From the NCBI GenBank assembly GCA_001244265.2, contig CDLV01000012.1:1240001-1304000 (forward strand): a stretch of DNA of 64,000 bases. Direction: 5' to 3'. Positions 23,713 through 36,916 of this stretch are shown piece after piece. How positions within the stretch are numbered: the stretch's first letter is position 1; every line of letters starts with the position of its first letter. The notes beneath the pieces are model-generated. The model was not told the origin of the DNA, did not search any database, and saw only the letters and a program-made list of their open reading frames with translations. A program made the translations under genes and the position numbers. The stretch comes from Microbotryum violaceum (taxonomy: Eukaryota).

Positions 23713-24493
23713 ATGTCCGCCCCAACAGCCGAGGAACTGCGCGCGATCCAAGCCCCACTCAAGCAGGCCTATTCGTCCGATGCGACCGCCGCACAAGTCA
23801 CTCTCAAATCGACCTCTACTTTGGGGTCCGGCGTTTCATGCTCCCTTTCGGTTGGCAAGGCGATGAAGGAGGCTGGCTTGTCCCCTATGGCTGGCGGGAC
23901 GGGCGATCAATTGTGCAGTGGGGATCTGTTGCTCGAAAGCTTGGCGGCTTGTGCAGGAGGTCAGTCGGGGGGCTGTCGTATCCATTATCCACTCAAACTT
24001 ATGCAGGCTGATATATTGCCTTATCATTTTGCTATGCGTTGCAGTCACTCTGAAAGCCGTAGCGACGGCACTATCAATTCCCGTCGAGAGTGGAACCGTG
24101 GCCGTTGAAGGCGATCTCGACTTTCGGTCAGTCTCTCCACCAAGATTGCATTCTCCAAAATTATAACTTCCTCAATCATGCATACGTACTGAAGCCATCC
24201 TCCTTGGATGTCGGATCCAGTGGGACACTCGGCGTCGACAAGACCGCTTCCGTCGGCTTCACGGCCATCAGGGTCAAATTCGACTTGGATTGCGGGGACA
24301 CACCGAAGGAAAAGGTCAGTAGCGTTATTCAGAAAAGCATGAAATGCCTCCCTAGATGTCTTGCTGATAAAGGTCCGGTGCTTCCTCCCTGAAATAGGTC
24401 GAAAAATTGATCTCGTTGACCGAGCGGTATTGCGTCGTCTTGCAAACGCTGAGCAAAGGTGTGCCGACTAGCAGTCAGCTCGTGACAAAGTAG
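23713..24493 (+). CDS. OsmC/Ohr-like peroxiredoxin family protein
   Basis: LRAIQAPLKQAY..LCSGDLLLESLAACAG|VTLKAVATAL..EGDLDFR|GTLGVDK..VGFTAIR..|LTERYCVVLQTL, with both OsmC cysteines. Three introns, all with GTCAGT donors. Confidence 0.88.
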
Positions 24494-24787
24494 CGGAAAA
24501 TCATAATCGCAGCGCTATAGTATAGGCTAAAGAGCTGCTCCGAGTACGCCTGACCCAGGTACCGCTCCTGATCAATCGAGGTCCTGGCATTGCAGTGCCA
24601 GATTCGGACCCGACGGCGAGAGCTTCTCTCCGAGAAAGACATCTGAACAGTCATATTATATGGCATACACAACAAGAGCTATAGGATTGAATATGCAAAA
24701 AACTACTGTCGCAAAGAAAACGTCGGGCGCAATCCTCCTGGAGCTAGGTATCCGAAAACCGAAAACCCCCCAAGCTGTCGCCGAAGG

Positions 24788-27700
24788 CTACAGCTCGTCG
24801 TCGTCATCAAGCATCGTAAACAACTCAGTCCTCACCCATCCCAGCACGCCGTCCCCATGTTTCCTTCCCAACAACCACCCGCACCCACCCTCCGCTTGAT
24901 CGGCCTCCTCATGCTCGACATCGATCCGATTCCCAACCTTGAACACCAAGATGGGAAACCCGCCTCGTAAATCCTCAACCCCTTGATAACGTTTCAACGA
25001 CGAGTCTTCCATAGCCTCGGCGACGTAAAGTGTTCGATCTTCGTTAAAGTAATAATATTCGGGATCGGTTTCGTCCGAGGGAGACTCGGACTCACTCGGA
25101 CCGATTCGTACGCCCGAGTCACCGACGTCGTGGCGGGGAGCACCTTGGGTAGGTGAAGGGTTTGATGAGGTGCTCGAATTTTCTTCGTCCAGTGCACCCG
25201 AGCACTGGGGAGAACCTGGAGGTCGAGTCGCGGTAATAGAAGATCCGGTAGAAGCGTCGTCACCTGATCCCGAACGACCTCGGAACGAAGGCCCTTGCAA
25301 ACGGGAGTGTAAGCTTTCGTCCGGGGTGGACGAAGGGATAGGAGCGATGCCGCGCTCGATCTTTCGACTCGTCGCTCTCGCTAAGGGAAGCGCCACGCCA
25401 GAGGGGAAGGGCTGCTTCGATGAGCGTTGCTGCATGTGTTGGCCTTGCTTGAGCTGATGCTCCTCTACCGGAGGAGTGGCGGGACCATTGTTCGATGATT
25501 CGCCACTCTTGGAGGATACGGTGAAGGACGGCGTCGAGGCGTCCGAGGTGATACTATTTCGATTCACGATCACGGGAGCTTCATTCTGGGAACGGGCGCT
25601 GAACTGATACTCTTGAAGGCGAAATTGGATGTTGTTGGCTCCACCACCCGAGTTGGAGATGGACACCGTGCTCGCCGGTCGAGGAACACCACTGGCGATG
25701 ATGGACTGACGCCTGATCGACGTCGAGCCCGTCGAGCTCATCGAGTTACGCGAACCATTTGTCGCATGACGAAGATGACGCTTGCCAATTTCTCCCGAAG
25801 TTGATCCAGGAGCTGGGACGAGCAAAGGGGCAGAGACGCCGAGTCCGACAGCAAGTCGATGCATCAGCTCATTCGCAAGAACTTGCTGACTCCCCATCAT
25901 GCCTTGCTCGTCTCGGAGACGAAAGCGTTCGGCAAAGAAGTCCCAGAGCTCTTGTACCTCCACTTTATACGCTTCTTGCGCGCCGGAAAAATGACCGAGT
26001 ATGATGTCGTAATACTTGGACACACTCGCAAGAAAGCGGGGCAGTTCTTCGAGCAGGCGAGCCGAGAGGTCGAGAAACTCGTCCGAGCCTCGACGATCGG
26101 CGGGTAGCTTCTTGGCGATATAGCGCGAGTGAGCGAGCATTTTGTCGTTGCGCTTCTGAATGAACTGGCGAGGCGATTCGAAGAGAGAGAGTAGGTGGTC
26201 GCTCTTGAGCAAAAGCGAGTGACGAACCTCGTGGGCCTAAAGAGAGAGTTCCACCATTAGCGCCAATCTCTTCTCTCAAATAATCTGACGGAAAGGCACT
26301 CACCACTTCGCGATAAGGTCCATCGATGACCGGGTCAAGCACTTCCTCGAGGAACACCATCAGACGATGGTAGAGCGAATCTTGCGCATCCGGCTCTTCG
26401 GACAGCGATGCATACATGTCGATCCACCCTTCGACGACGATGACCTGGGTTTCAAGTTCAGCCTTGGTTCCTTTAGACCACTCCCTCATCTCACTCGACA
26501 ACCTCAGCACCGATGATCGGGTACTATCAACGAGCGCGGCAAGGGTATCGAACATGTCGTCGCGCTCTGCTGCTCGTTCAGTCGAAATCTGTGCAGTCGA
26601 CGTCTTGCTCGATGTACGCAAGAACTTTTTCGTCATCGACGACGGCAGCGAGGACTTGCTTTCTCGACGAAGCGCGGGTGAGGGCACCTCTTGTCGAATC
26701 TTGGTCTGATTGATCGACTCGGCGACGAGCAACATCTTCGAGTTGGCGCGAACCAAGTCAGAAGACTCGCGAGGTCCCAAGCCTTGGTACGACCATGACT
26801 GAGCGTCTTGCATTCGGAGAGATAAGTGCGCAGCGTGGGTTCAAGCTCTTGAAGTCGAACGATCGCACGGTGGTGACGAGCGCAATAAGTTGCGTAGACC
26901 TTTTGAATTTGGGGAATCTAAAACGAAGGAAAGCGTTCAAGATGAGCGACGGGCTCGCAAACACAACGGTAGGCGCATCAGTACTTACCAAATTGACAAA
27001 GACCTCGCCGATGTTGTCGTCCATTTCCGCACCATCGACAGCGGTAGCGCCTTTAGCCTTAGACAGCAGGTGGGCGAAACGCTCGGCCAAGTCAGCCACC
27101 TCTTCCAAATTGGCGAAGATGACATGTAAATCCTTGGTCGACATGACTGGAATCCCTGGGGCACCCAAGCCCGCACTGGACGAAAGACGGGCTTTCGTTG
27201 CTCGACGTTGCACCAACTTGGCTGAAAGCTAGGGAGCTGAGCTGACCCTTCGCCCAGCCTTTGGGATCGTTCCAGCGGCCGAGTTGAGATTGAGTGAGCT
27301 CATCGTCAATCGACGCGCCTCTGAACGAGAGCTGAAGGTGAGCGAATCGAATTCGCTCTTTACTGGGGGAGAGGAAGGCGATGCTGAGGCGCTGAGTCCA
27401 AGACCCGAGGCCATAACGTGGTCCGCTATCGAGTTCAAGTCTGTACGAAGGGCTCTCACCAATGTCAGGCCCTTCTCTACCCTTTCGTGTAGAGCGGCGG
27501 GGATCACGTACCCAATCCTCTGGCTCTGGCCAAGTAAATGCCTCGGACGACCATCATATCGATAGCGTAGCTTTGCTCGGTCTCGATCAATTCTTGGATC
27601 GTCCTCCGTCGCTTCTGCGCCATCTTGGCTCGGGCGTCATCACGATCCCGTACCTCGGAGCTGCTGTCAATATCGGATTGCGGGTTTGAATCGAGGGTCA

Positions 27701-29484
27701 CGCCCGATAAACGTGCTCCATTCTGAATCACAGGAGGTTCAGTGGCGGAGGGAGAAGGGACTAGAAGCAGCGTGGGCGAGTTTCCGTATTGCTCCGCTAG
27801 GGTGTGCAAGCCAAGACCCGTTCCAGACGGGTCTTGGACATAACGCAACTCAGGACGTCCGTCTTCGAGCTCTAAGGGGCTGAGGGGAAGAGGGACATTG
27901 TCGACCATGTCGGCGGTGTAGAATACGGTCGTACGTTTAGCGTTGGCGCTGGAATGATCAATGTCGGCACCTGAGACTCGCGAAATGCGAGGAGGTACAG
28001 GAGTCGACGTGTTGAAGCCAGCGTGGCTCAGCTCTTGACTAGGAACAATAGCAGGAAAAGGATTGAGGGATTGAGGAGTGGCTGGTGGGAATCCATTCGG
28101 CATAGGTGGAGAAGCCGAACTCTCGGCAAGTTGTGACAGAGACTTGGCTGGCGCTTGACCAGCTCGCGCGGGGGCCGTCTCGGGTAAGACCTGGCGCAAT
28201 GAACGTCCTCCTTCCATTGCCGAGGCGGCTTGGTCGAGGAACGTAGCCAAACGTTCCCTTTGATCGGTCGCTTCGCCATCGTCGAGCCCGTTATGCACGC
28301 CGGTCGAGCCCACACTGAGATTCTGTGTCGGCGAAATGTCGGCGTCCGAGTTCGAAGAGGTACGACGTTGCCCGCCCATGCTTAGATTGCTCATTTCCGA
28401 GCTGGTATTAGATTCGAGTGAAGTGTACGAGATCGCCGAAGGTCGACGATGTTCGGAACTCGCAGAAGTGAGTGCGCCTCGACCGAGGGATCGGTCGATT
28501 CTAGTCGAAAAGCTCGACTCGCTCGAAAAGGCCCGTGAGATGGAAGGTCGTTTCGACGGGAAAGATCGGGTCGATCCGTTGCTTGTGGTGCTGTGGAACG
28601 AGGAACGTACTGGTGAACCTGTTGAATGGAATCCAAACCGTGTCAGTGATCCGAGCACGTTTCCGAGAAGGAATGCATTGCGAGTACTTACGAGAGGCAT
28701 AGGCGCTAATCTCCGTCGGTCCATTCGAGGTATAAGACTCTCGACGCTTCAACGATTGGAAATAATCGACCCCACTCGATCGATTTCTCTCGTAGGTCGG
28801 AGCCGAACCGGCGCTACTCAGCGACGATCGCCGCCTCTCCAAGTAACTCCTGACTGGCGGTTCCTCGTCCAAGAAGCCAAAGTCGAGGTCCAGACACCTC
28901 TGATTGACGACCGCCGAACGAGGCATCATCATTTTCTTCTGAGTATTGATCTCTTCGCCGCTCGTTTCGTAGACGTTGTTGAACGAGCTCTTCCTCGGCA
29001 ACGGAGGCAGTCCGGCCTTTGACGTAGACACTCCTCGGGACGACGTCGACCGAACTGCGGAGGGGAAAACATATGACGAAGAACCGGCCGAAGTGGATGA
29101 GGTGGGTATATCGCGGTCACTGGAAGATCGACGAGAGTAGTTGGTAGTCGATGCCGAAGAACGGGAAAGTAAAGAATTGCCTGAGTCAGGCGGAGTTGCC
29201 GGCGCGAGGTTCGATGGCAAAATGGCGGGCACTTTGAGCGGGGCCGGGGCGGAGCGAACATTGCGACGTGCCGAGAGGGGCATCGTAGGACTGCTGAATG
29301 CTCCGACGCCATGTCGGGATCCTGGTATAGGTGATCGATCCGTTTTGGAAGGGGTTGGTGGAGTTGCGGGGATAGGAGATAGCCTTGACCCGCCGTCGTC
29401 GCTCGAAAAGCCACCGGAGGCATCGCCTGCCGTCGTCATTCTGTCCCCGGACGCGCCAATCCGCAATTTCGACTGCGACGACAT
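24788..29484 (-). CDS. Rho guanine nucleotide exchange factor, DH + BAR + SH3 (Gef1/Tuba-like)
   Basis: DH: KRRRTIQELIETEQSYAIDMMVVRGIY, DLHVIFANLEEVADLA, WDLASLLIKPVQR-like exon, VAESIN. BAR-like: PRQFIQKRNDKMLAHSRY..LLEELPRF. SH3-like: GFPILVFKVGNRIDV..GWLLG..LGWV. Long S/P-rich N-terminus. Confidence 0.85.
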
Positions 29485-32400
29485 AACGTTGGCGATGGGT
29501 TGATTATGTGAATGTTGTAAAGACAAGTGTTGGTGGTGTCGAAGAAAGAAGATTGACGATGCCGACGGCGTCGGTAATCGATTCCGAGGCACTAAGTCGC
29601 GTCCCTGAGGTCGATCGCTCGGTGCTGCGCGCTGCGTGATCTTCAGGGGCTCGGCCCTGGACGACGGATCTGGACGTGGCGAGGTGGGAGACGAGTCAGG
29701 GGTTAGCGCGGTCAGGTCAGCCAGCAATCCTCTGCGCCGAGCACCCAGCCACAAACCGAGGTACAGTACTCACGACGAAAGGGGACGCACGAAAAAGCCT
29801 CAAAGACCTCGTTTGGGTAGGGTAGTACGCTGGTGCGTGGGGTTGCCGGAGCTTGTAGGCACGGAGGCCCGGGCTTGCGCGAGCGCGCGCCGAGCGAGAG
29901 GGAGGCTGAAGAAGGAAGGTGCGGGCGCTTCGAGTGGAGAATATCCTTAAACCCCGCGGACTTCCACTCGCAATGATGGCACGCAGCCTCGCGTACTCGA
30001 CGCAGTCAACCGAATGAACCGGTGGAAGGACTCGATACCAATGGGTTGCAGTCGAGGTAAACCTTGGGGTTGAGCTGGTCGGAGAGAGAGGCACACGTCG
30101 GCGGTCGGAGGTAAGCTGCAGTTGGGGTCGTGTCCGCCGTCGAAAAGAGGGTGCTCGGCGATCGAGTCGCCCCGCAGCGGGGAAATAAGGTTAAGCAAGC
30201 TTTGACGTCGGGGCTAACGACTCCGACCGGGTGGACACCTGGGGGGCGATGAGTGGTCGTGAGAGTCTTGTTGACGGTTCTTGACGCAAGTAGGTAGGTA
30301 GCAGGTAGTAGTTTAAGACAGAGGCTGGTGTAGATAACGGGTCATCAAGGGAGCGTTCGCCCGTAGCTCTAATGACAACTTCACCTCTGGATCTCATACG
30401 CCTCAGGTACCTGGAGCCAGGGTCGGAGCCCCAGATGCTTTCGACGTGCCGGGAGCAGGGGATCGCCCACGCGCGGCACGGTTCGTAGGCCTTGAACACA
30501 GCAACATTGAACGTCAACTCTTTGTGTGCCTAAGTCGTCAAAAGTTTGATCTACACCAGAAGATTCGATTCGAAGCAGCAGGAGCTTGATGCGAGCACCA
30601 TGAGCCCCTCTGGAGCAGGGATCATAGAGCTCGACTTTGAGATGCGACCGTTTGGCCAAATCACGTGACCCGTCTCGTCACCGCACATCCCGGCCGATGA
30701 CGGCGTCTTCTCAGGGGTTGCTTCGCCTTAATGAGCACTGGCTGTAGACCAGCTCAATCAGCTGTTGAAGCGAAATATTCGCGTTCTTCGCGTCGACCCA
30801 GCCTAACTGCCGTCGCACGCCAAATGGTACATTAACTCGAACATGGCAAATTTTTAGCGACTCGAGCGAGGGCTGGGCAAACGTTCCCGAATAGCCGACG
30901 GCCACTGGTGAATCCTTAAAGTAGGTGAGTGAGGAGGTTGCGATTCCGGCCACGCGGAACGAAGCTGATTAATTAGAGCGGTCCACTCAAAACCTTAGCT
31001 CCCCCACACGCCCCATGCCTCCGAATCGGCGGGCAAGTGCGTGGCTTAAGCCGACGATGCATGGCCGAGCATAAGTAGGACGGTCGCAATTATCGCTAAT
31101 CGCCCAATTCGGAAAGACCGTCTAAGGTCCAAAGGCCCTACGATCAAATGAGCGCGGCCGAGCGCCCTGGTGCGCGGTTTGCCGCCTCGAGCCAATGTCA
31201 GAGCCTACAAGTAGTGTGTACCTCCTACTCGCAGGTCATAGTTGCCCACCCCAGTAACTTGTTCTATTCTTGTGTTTGCGGTTGCGCGGTTGCGCGGGCT
31301 AGTAACTTGCTCTTTTTCTGGTTTTTCGCACTTGCACCGCTTTCTGCAGAAACGAAAGGCGTATGAGGAGCAGCGCAGTAAGCAGAATCTAAAGAGGTCC
31401 GAGCGCGCCCGAGTTCCCATCCCCCAATCTCCGTATGCTGGAGTTGAGAGCGCCCCTGCAATGTAGTGTACACGATGACAAGGCGAACCGTTGCGTAGTC
31501 ATATAGTTACACAGCCCTGTTAGACAACAGCTTGTCCCATGAAATAGCTTCACGGCATCTCACGGCACCCTCGCCCGAGTAGGAGACCCCCAGGGCAGCT
31601 GGCGCGGTTCGAGGAAAATTCGGCCGGATTGAGTTGTGAAGCGTTGTGCTACTTTTACCCCGTGCCGGCTTCCGCGGCACGGACGGAGCGGCGCGCCATC
31701 AGCATCATGCGGTCCATCATGCCGCGCCGGCCCCTTCAAGCGCTGTCAGGGTGTGTTGCCGACTTCAACGTCTCCCCCGAGACATGAACGTAGAAGGGTA
31801 TCTGGTGCTTGATTTTAGTGGCGATCAACGACCCCTTTTAGGAGATTGCCCGGGGGGGGGGGGTGAGTGTCCAGCTCGAGATTTCAATTCGACATTGGCT
31901 TCCAACATGTTTGGTGGGGTATCTTTGGTCGGTTCCCCCCCTCGCCTGCGACATCGTATTCGAGAGTAAGTCATTTTCGAGAGTTTGGCTAGAAAGGCGA
32001 ATGGTAGTTGTAGTTAACGGCCATTATTATTGTCTTTGTCAAATCGGTCTCAAAACTTGGCCGTGCGCAATGTGGGCGGAGACCTCAAGCTCCTCGGTCG
32101 ACCTCCTCGGTCGACCTCATCGCTTGCCTAGTTTGTTCTATCGCCGACTCCGAGGGACGTGATCGATCCGCGATCAAGATAAGTTTGGTTTTAAGGTTTT
32201 CGGGGTCAGCTCTGCCGTGAGTGGGGGTCGGGATCCTGCATCTTTCTCGTTGAGCTCGAGGGGGTGGGCAGCTGAGGGGCTTCGGCTCCACTGATTGGCG
32301 GCGCGATCTTTTAAGCAATTGCTCATTAGCAGCTCCCGCTAATCGAAGGTCCCCGTCAGACACACCTTGCGAGCTTGTGCAATCTGCCCGCACGCCCTTT

Positions 32401-32568
32401 TAGAAGACTTTGATCTCTTTCATAGTTTTAAAAAGAAACGAGACATATCACTACACTTTGGATTGACCAAACCACATCTAACGAACGAGAGACACCCATC
32501 CCTCCATACTTGAACACCTGATCTACCACTCCACTCTAGATCCCACGAGTTGATGATACGCTCTAGCA

Positions 32569-33551
32569 TCAAGCGGTGTAGCTCGAGTAGTTGACCATGG
32601 GGAACTCGACGTCCGGATTCGAAGGCACGACCTCCTTTGACGGTGCCCACTTGAGCTTCAACCCAGGCGCGATGGGAGGCTTCCATACCTCGGTCGAAGA
32701 AGCGGGCGAGGCAGAAACGAATAGACTCGACAGGCTGGGTATTTTGGCGGAGCCGTCGACGAGAGCTTTGGTCGAAGGTGGGGAAGAAGGAGCGGCGATC
32801 GAGGGGATACTGGAGAGGTAGAGTAGGGTTAGCTCAGAGGTGGGGATGGGTGCTGGACAACGGGACTCGATCGACGTACGAGTTGATGCCACCTTGGGTG
32901 ATGAGAAGCGCGGAGAGATCGGATTGTTGAAGCACTTCGGTCATGGGGTATTGGCTGCAAGAGGTGAAAAGGGGTCAGCTTCGGGCACGGCTCGGGTCGA
33001 CGGCGAGCAGCTGACGCCAAAAACAACTCACCGGCGGTTGTCTCGCTTCCAGTAGGGGTTTTGTGCGACTGCAGAGAGGAAGAGTTAGGCACCAAAGCGG
33101 GGCATTCTGGAGGTGTAGAAGCGGGTGTGGCGGAGCTCGGTCCGAGCGCCGACGGCGAACGGCCCCGTCGTCCTATGCCGCCGTTTCCTTCATCCCCCCA
33201 ACAGGGTATGGTCGACTTACCATCCGAACTCTTGCTAGCGGGGACCGAAAACTTTTCCTCCCTTGAAGCCGGCTCGGGCTGCCGATGCGCTCGCACCTAA
33301 AAAGAGACCGCCGCCGAATCCCGACACCACACCAGCTTTCAGTAGGCTTGCGCTGCATGATCTCATCGGTTGAGAGTGAATACACTTACCAGAGGGTTCC
33401 CACTCGAGATGTCGGGGTTGACGACCAAGGCTTCGCGCACCTTCTTCCAGAACGGGCTCGTGTCGGACGCGTGCGTCGCCCACGGGTCCGCGGACATGCG
33501 TTGTCGCACGATCGTGTTGAGGCTCAGTCGGAGGGAAGAGGAAGCATGCAT
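32569..33551 (-). CDS. Mitochondrial complex I accessory subunit, 21.3 kDa (NUZM/NDUFA7-like)
   Basis: PFWKKVREALVVNPDISSGNPL|VRAHRQPEPASR..SD|VAQNPYWKRDNRR|QYPMTEVLQQSDL. Start at 33551 or 33497. Confidence 0.85.
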
Positions 33552-33807
33552 ACTGGAGGTGGGTAAGTGGTGGCGTTGGAGGAGAGCGGAGAGTGCGAGA
33601 CGCAGCTGAGCTCTGACGCGGCTTGGCGCGCCTTGTTGGAGAGACTAATGGTCCAACAGAGGCTAATCAATCTTAGTAGCGGCAATTGATTAGGCGGTGC
33701 TCCCGCGCGCCAAGACCCAACTGAGCTTCCTCGAGCCTGCAGTCGAGTGGAGTGGCTCTCTCTTTCTCACCTCTTTGCACGCATCTGCACAACCCACAAA
33801 GCCCGCG

Positions 33808-36667
33808 ATGGACCTCAAGGACGTGCCCGAATTCTACGAGGTCGAGCTCGGCGAGTCGCTCATCTCGCGTACTGAAACACTAGGTACGTGGCGTGCGAAT
33901 CGAGTCGCGGTGCTGAGCTCTCCCTGACCGAGTGCAGCCCGACTTGAAACTGAACTCGGCGCTTTCCTGTGGAGCTGCAGCCTCGTTCAGGGAGCTCGGA
34001 CCACCCGATCTGTGTCATGTGATCAAGACGACGGGCAAGGCTGGGTCCAAGGATGTGAGTTTGGGAAGGGGTCGACGCGCGATCCTGACGACGGCCGTGG
34101 TGTGCTCTCCGCCTACGTCACGCACCAGAAACACAACTGACCACTGCCTTATACTTTGCTCGCACACCGCTCGACAGATTGGATCATACCACTATGTCTC
34201 GGGCGTAGATGGTGAGCGGTCCTTCCCGTAGAGGAAGCGCTCCAGCCCCACAGCACAGGAGCTGAGCTGACCCACTTCCCCTTCCTCCTCACCTCCACGC
34301 AGCATCCTCCTCCGCCTCCCTCGCGGCCTACCTCAACTCGCTCCAATACACCGTCGAGGAATCCGCGTCCTGGTTCTTCGGCTCGACCGCCACCAAGGGA
34401 GCATACAAGATCCGTGGAGGCGCGTTCTGTTCCTTCAACGCCTTTTCGAGGGTCGACGTCAGGGTCGAGGTCAAGATCCCAGGTGGGGTCGAGGCTTATG
34501 TCATTGACTTGAGGGGCGACAAGTAGGTCCGCTCGCACGACGGCGTGTGAGCAGAGTAAGCGACTGATTTCCAGCGACTTGACTTGGCGCTGACAGGCAC
34601 GAGGCGACACCGGCAATTTGGCAAGAGGTCTACCTTTCGGCTTTGCTGCGTGCCATCCTGTATGCCGACGATGCCAACTACGTTAGTATCATCATACTCA
34701 CAACAATTAGATGTTGGACGCACTGACGGTCTACCACGTTCCTCACAGCGCTTGGCCGGCTTTCGGAAAATGGACCCCATCACCTCCATCGAGGCCGAGT
34801 TACGGTTCGTCGCAGCTGCAGAGGCCGCATTCTTCAAAGGTAAGATATTTCTCGGGCCCTGCAGAAGCGATGACGAGCACATTCAGTTGGCTTATCCAAC
34901 CACCCCCCCATCAGGTTGGCAACTTGGTTCGGAACCCGAAATCCAGGTCGCGACCGTCGTCTCGAACCACCTCACCGCCGGTTTGATGAAGTACTTTGGC
35001 GACGCGTTCCGATTCGGGCCAGCCGTGAACCTGTTTGAAAAGCTGATCGTCAAGGAGGGTGAAGTCGCTTGTTTGTTGGCGCAGAGTTATATTGGGATGG
35101 GTAAGTGGTATCCCCAACTTCAGCTGTAAGCGTTCGACGCTCATGCTGGCTTTTTCCTCATCACAGACGAGGAAGTCAAAGCAATCAAAGTTCTACAGGC
35201 CGCTTTGGAGAAACAACCCCAGTCGTACGCGTTGCTGCATGTTCAGTGTGACTTTTTGCGTTCCAAGGGGAAAGGCGAGTGGGCGCTCAAGTTGGCCAAG
35301 GAGGCGGTCAATTGCGCACCATCGGAATTCGTTACCTGGGCCAAGTTGACCGAGGTCAATATCGAATTGGGGAGGTATACCGATGTGAGTGTTCGCTAGA
35401 AGCCCTCAGTTGCAAATAGCGAGGGCCGTCAAGCTGAGCGACTTTGAACTTCTTCCGGCAGGCCCTGTTGACGCTCAACTCGTGTCCGATGTTCACCTAC
35501 AACGAACGCGATCTACACCGCATGCCCACACCCGCTCGCTCTCACCTCCCTATGAAAGAATTCATCTCCGCCTCCGGTATCCTCGACGACGAAGCCACCG
35601 CTTCGCACAACAACGACGCCGACGTCGCTCTACTTCGATTACCCGCGCCTTCACTACGAGGCACGTTCGCCAAGGCGTATGCGTTGTTGGCGAAATTGGT
35701 CGCTCAGATCGGTTGGGACGAATTGCTCAAGTGTCGGAGTCAGGTATTTGTGATGGAGGAGGAGTATAGGATGCAGAAAGCGACGGATCCAGTCGGGATA
35801 CCCGCGACGGGGTTGAATGGGAATGGGGTAAGGAAGGGGGTTGAGGAAGAGGATAAGGAAGGGTTTGGGCCTCTAGCTTTGGAAGAGGAGGAGAACGATG
35901 TTGAGGATGAGGAAGAAGGTGCGGATGAAGACGCTTCGACGAGGGGTGTCAATGATGGCACACAAGGCGGTCAACCGGTCGATCGGAATGGGAATGTGCA
36001 GAAACCGAGAACGGCGCAGGCACCACCGGATGATGCGGCGAAGGAGGAGGAGGCGAAGTGCGGACCGGGCTCGTTCAGTAACAAGAGGTTGTGTGAGAGG
36101 TGGTTGGATAATCTGTTCATGGTCTTGTACGAGGTGAGTTGAGGCACGAATGAAAGAGGGTCAAAAGTGTGGGCTCTCCGTGCTGACTCTGCCGACTCGT
36201 CACAGGATTTGCGGGTGTACACGATTTGGCGAGCCGAAGTCGCACACTTCAAAGCGCAACACCTCTCGTACCGCAAAACAGGGACCGAATGGGAGATCCT
36301 CGGTGAACTCGCCGCGCGTCTGCACCACCCCGAAGAAGCCAAAGACGCATTCCAACGCGCGCTCGACGCCAAATTCTCCGCCAAAGCTTGGCAACGCTTG
36401 TTGGAGATGTACGCTGACGAAGGGGACGTTCAACGTGCGCTGAACGCGGCTATTCGTTTGAGCGCGTATCAACATCGTTGGTACATGGAATGCGCTTACC
36501 CGACGAATGTGGCGCATCAGTTGTTCAAGTTGATCAGGAGGGATGGGTTGGCCAAGATCAGTTATTCGTTGGTGTCGATGAATGTGCCGCAGGCGGTTCT
36601 GAAGGGGGTCATGCAACCTTATTTCCAGTGGGCGCAGGCATTCAGGGTTGAGGGTTCCGAGTTCTGA
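33808..36667 (+). CDS. BCH1: ChAPs family exomer cargo adaptor (Bch1/Bud7)
   Basis: FRELGPPDLCHVIK, IGSYHYVSGVD, APSEFVTWAKLTE, ALLTLNSCPMFTYNERDLHRMP, LVAQIGWDELLKCRSQVFVMEEEYR, KRLCERWLDNLFMVLYEDLRVYTIWRAE, KTGTEWEILG. Many introns. Confidence 0.93.
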
Positions 36668-36916
36668 GGGAGTGGTGTGTTAATGGGAAAGGTATAGTTC
36701 GTACCACTCGTACGATTTTGTGGTCTGCGTTTCCGAGGTTCCTATTTTCTGTCGCTCCTGTAGTCCAGATTCCTCCGTCTTCTCAAAAAGATGGAGATTC
36801 AACCATCTCTAACGAATTACGATCAAGAGCCTCGTTCAGACAGATTCGAGTAGCAAACGTGTTTGCATTGCGTTATATTGATAGTCCAAAAAATGTAAAG
36901 AGTCCATATTTCATTA

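Noticed and set aside
29485-29754. Open frame upstream of the RhoGEF ATG (similar cases upstream of G-alpha and LCB3) as a non-AUG extension
   Set aside because: There is no supporting intron, targeting signal or strong-context near-cognate codon, so it is compatible with a GC-rich 5' UTR.
30100-32400. Short ORFs in the long RhoGEF-NUZM intergenic region
   Set aside because: No recognisable domain or consistent exon chain; they may be relics, but I cannot support a call.
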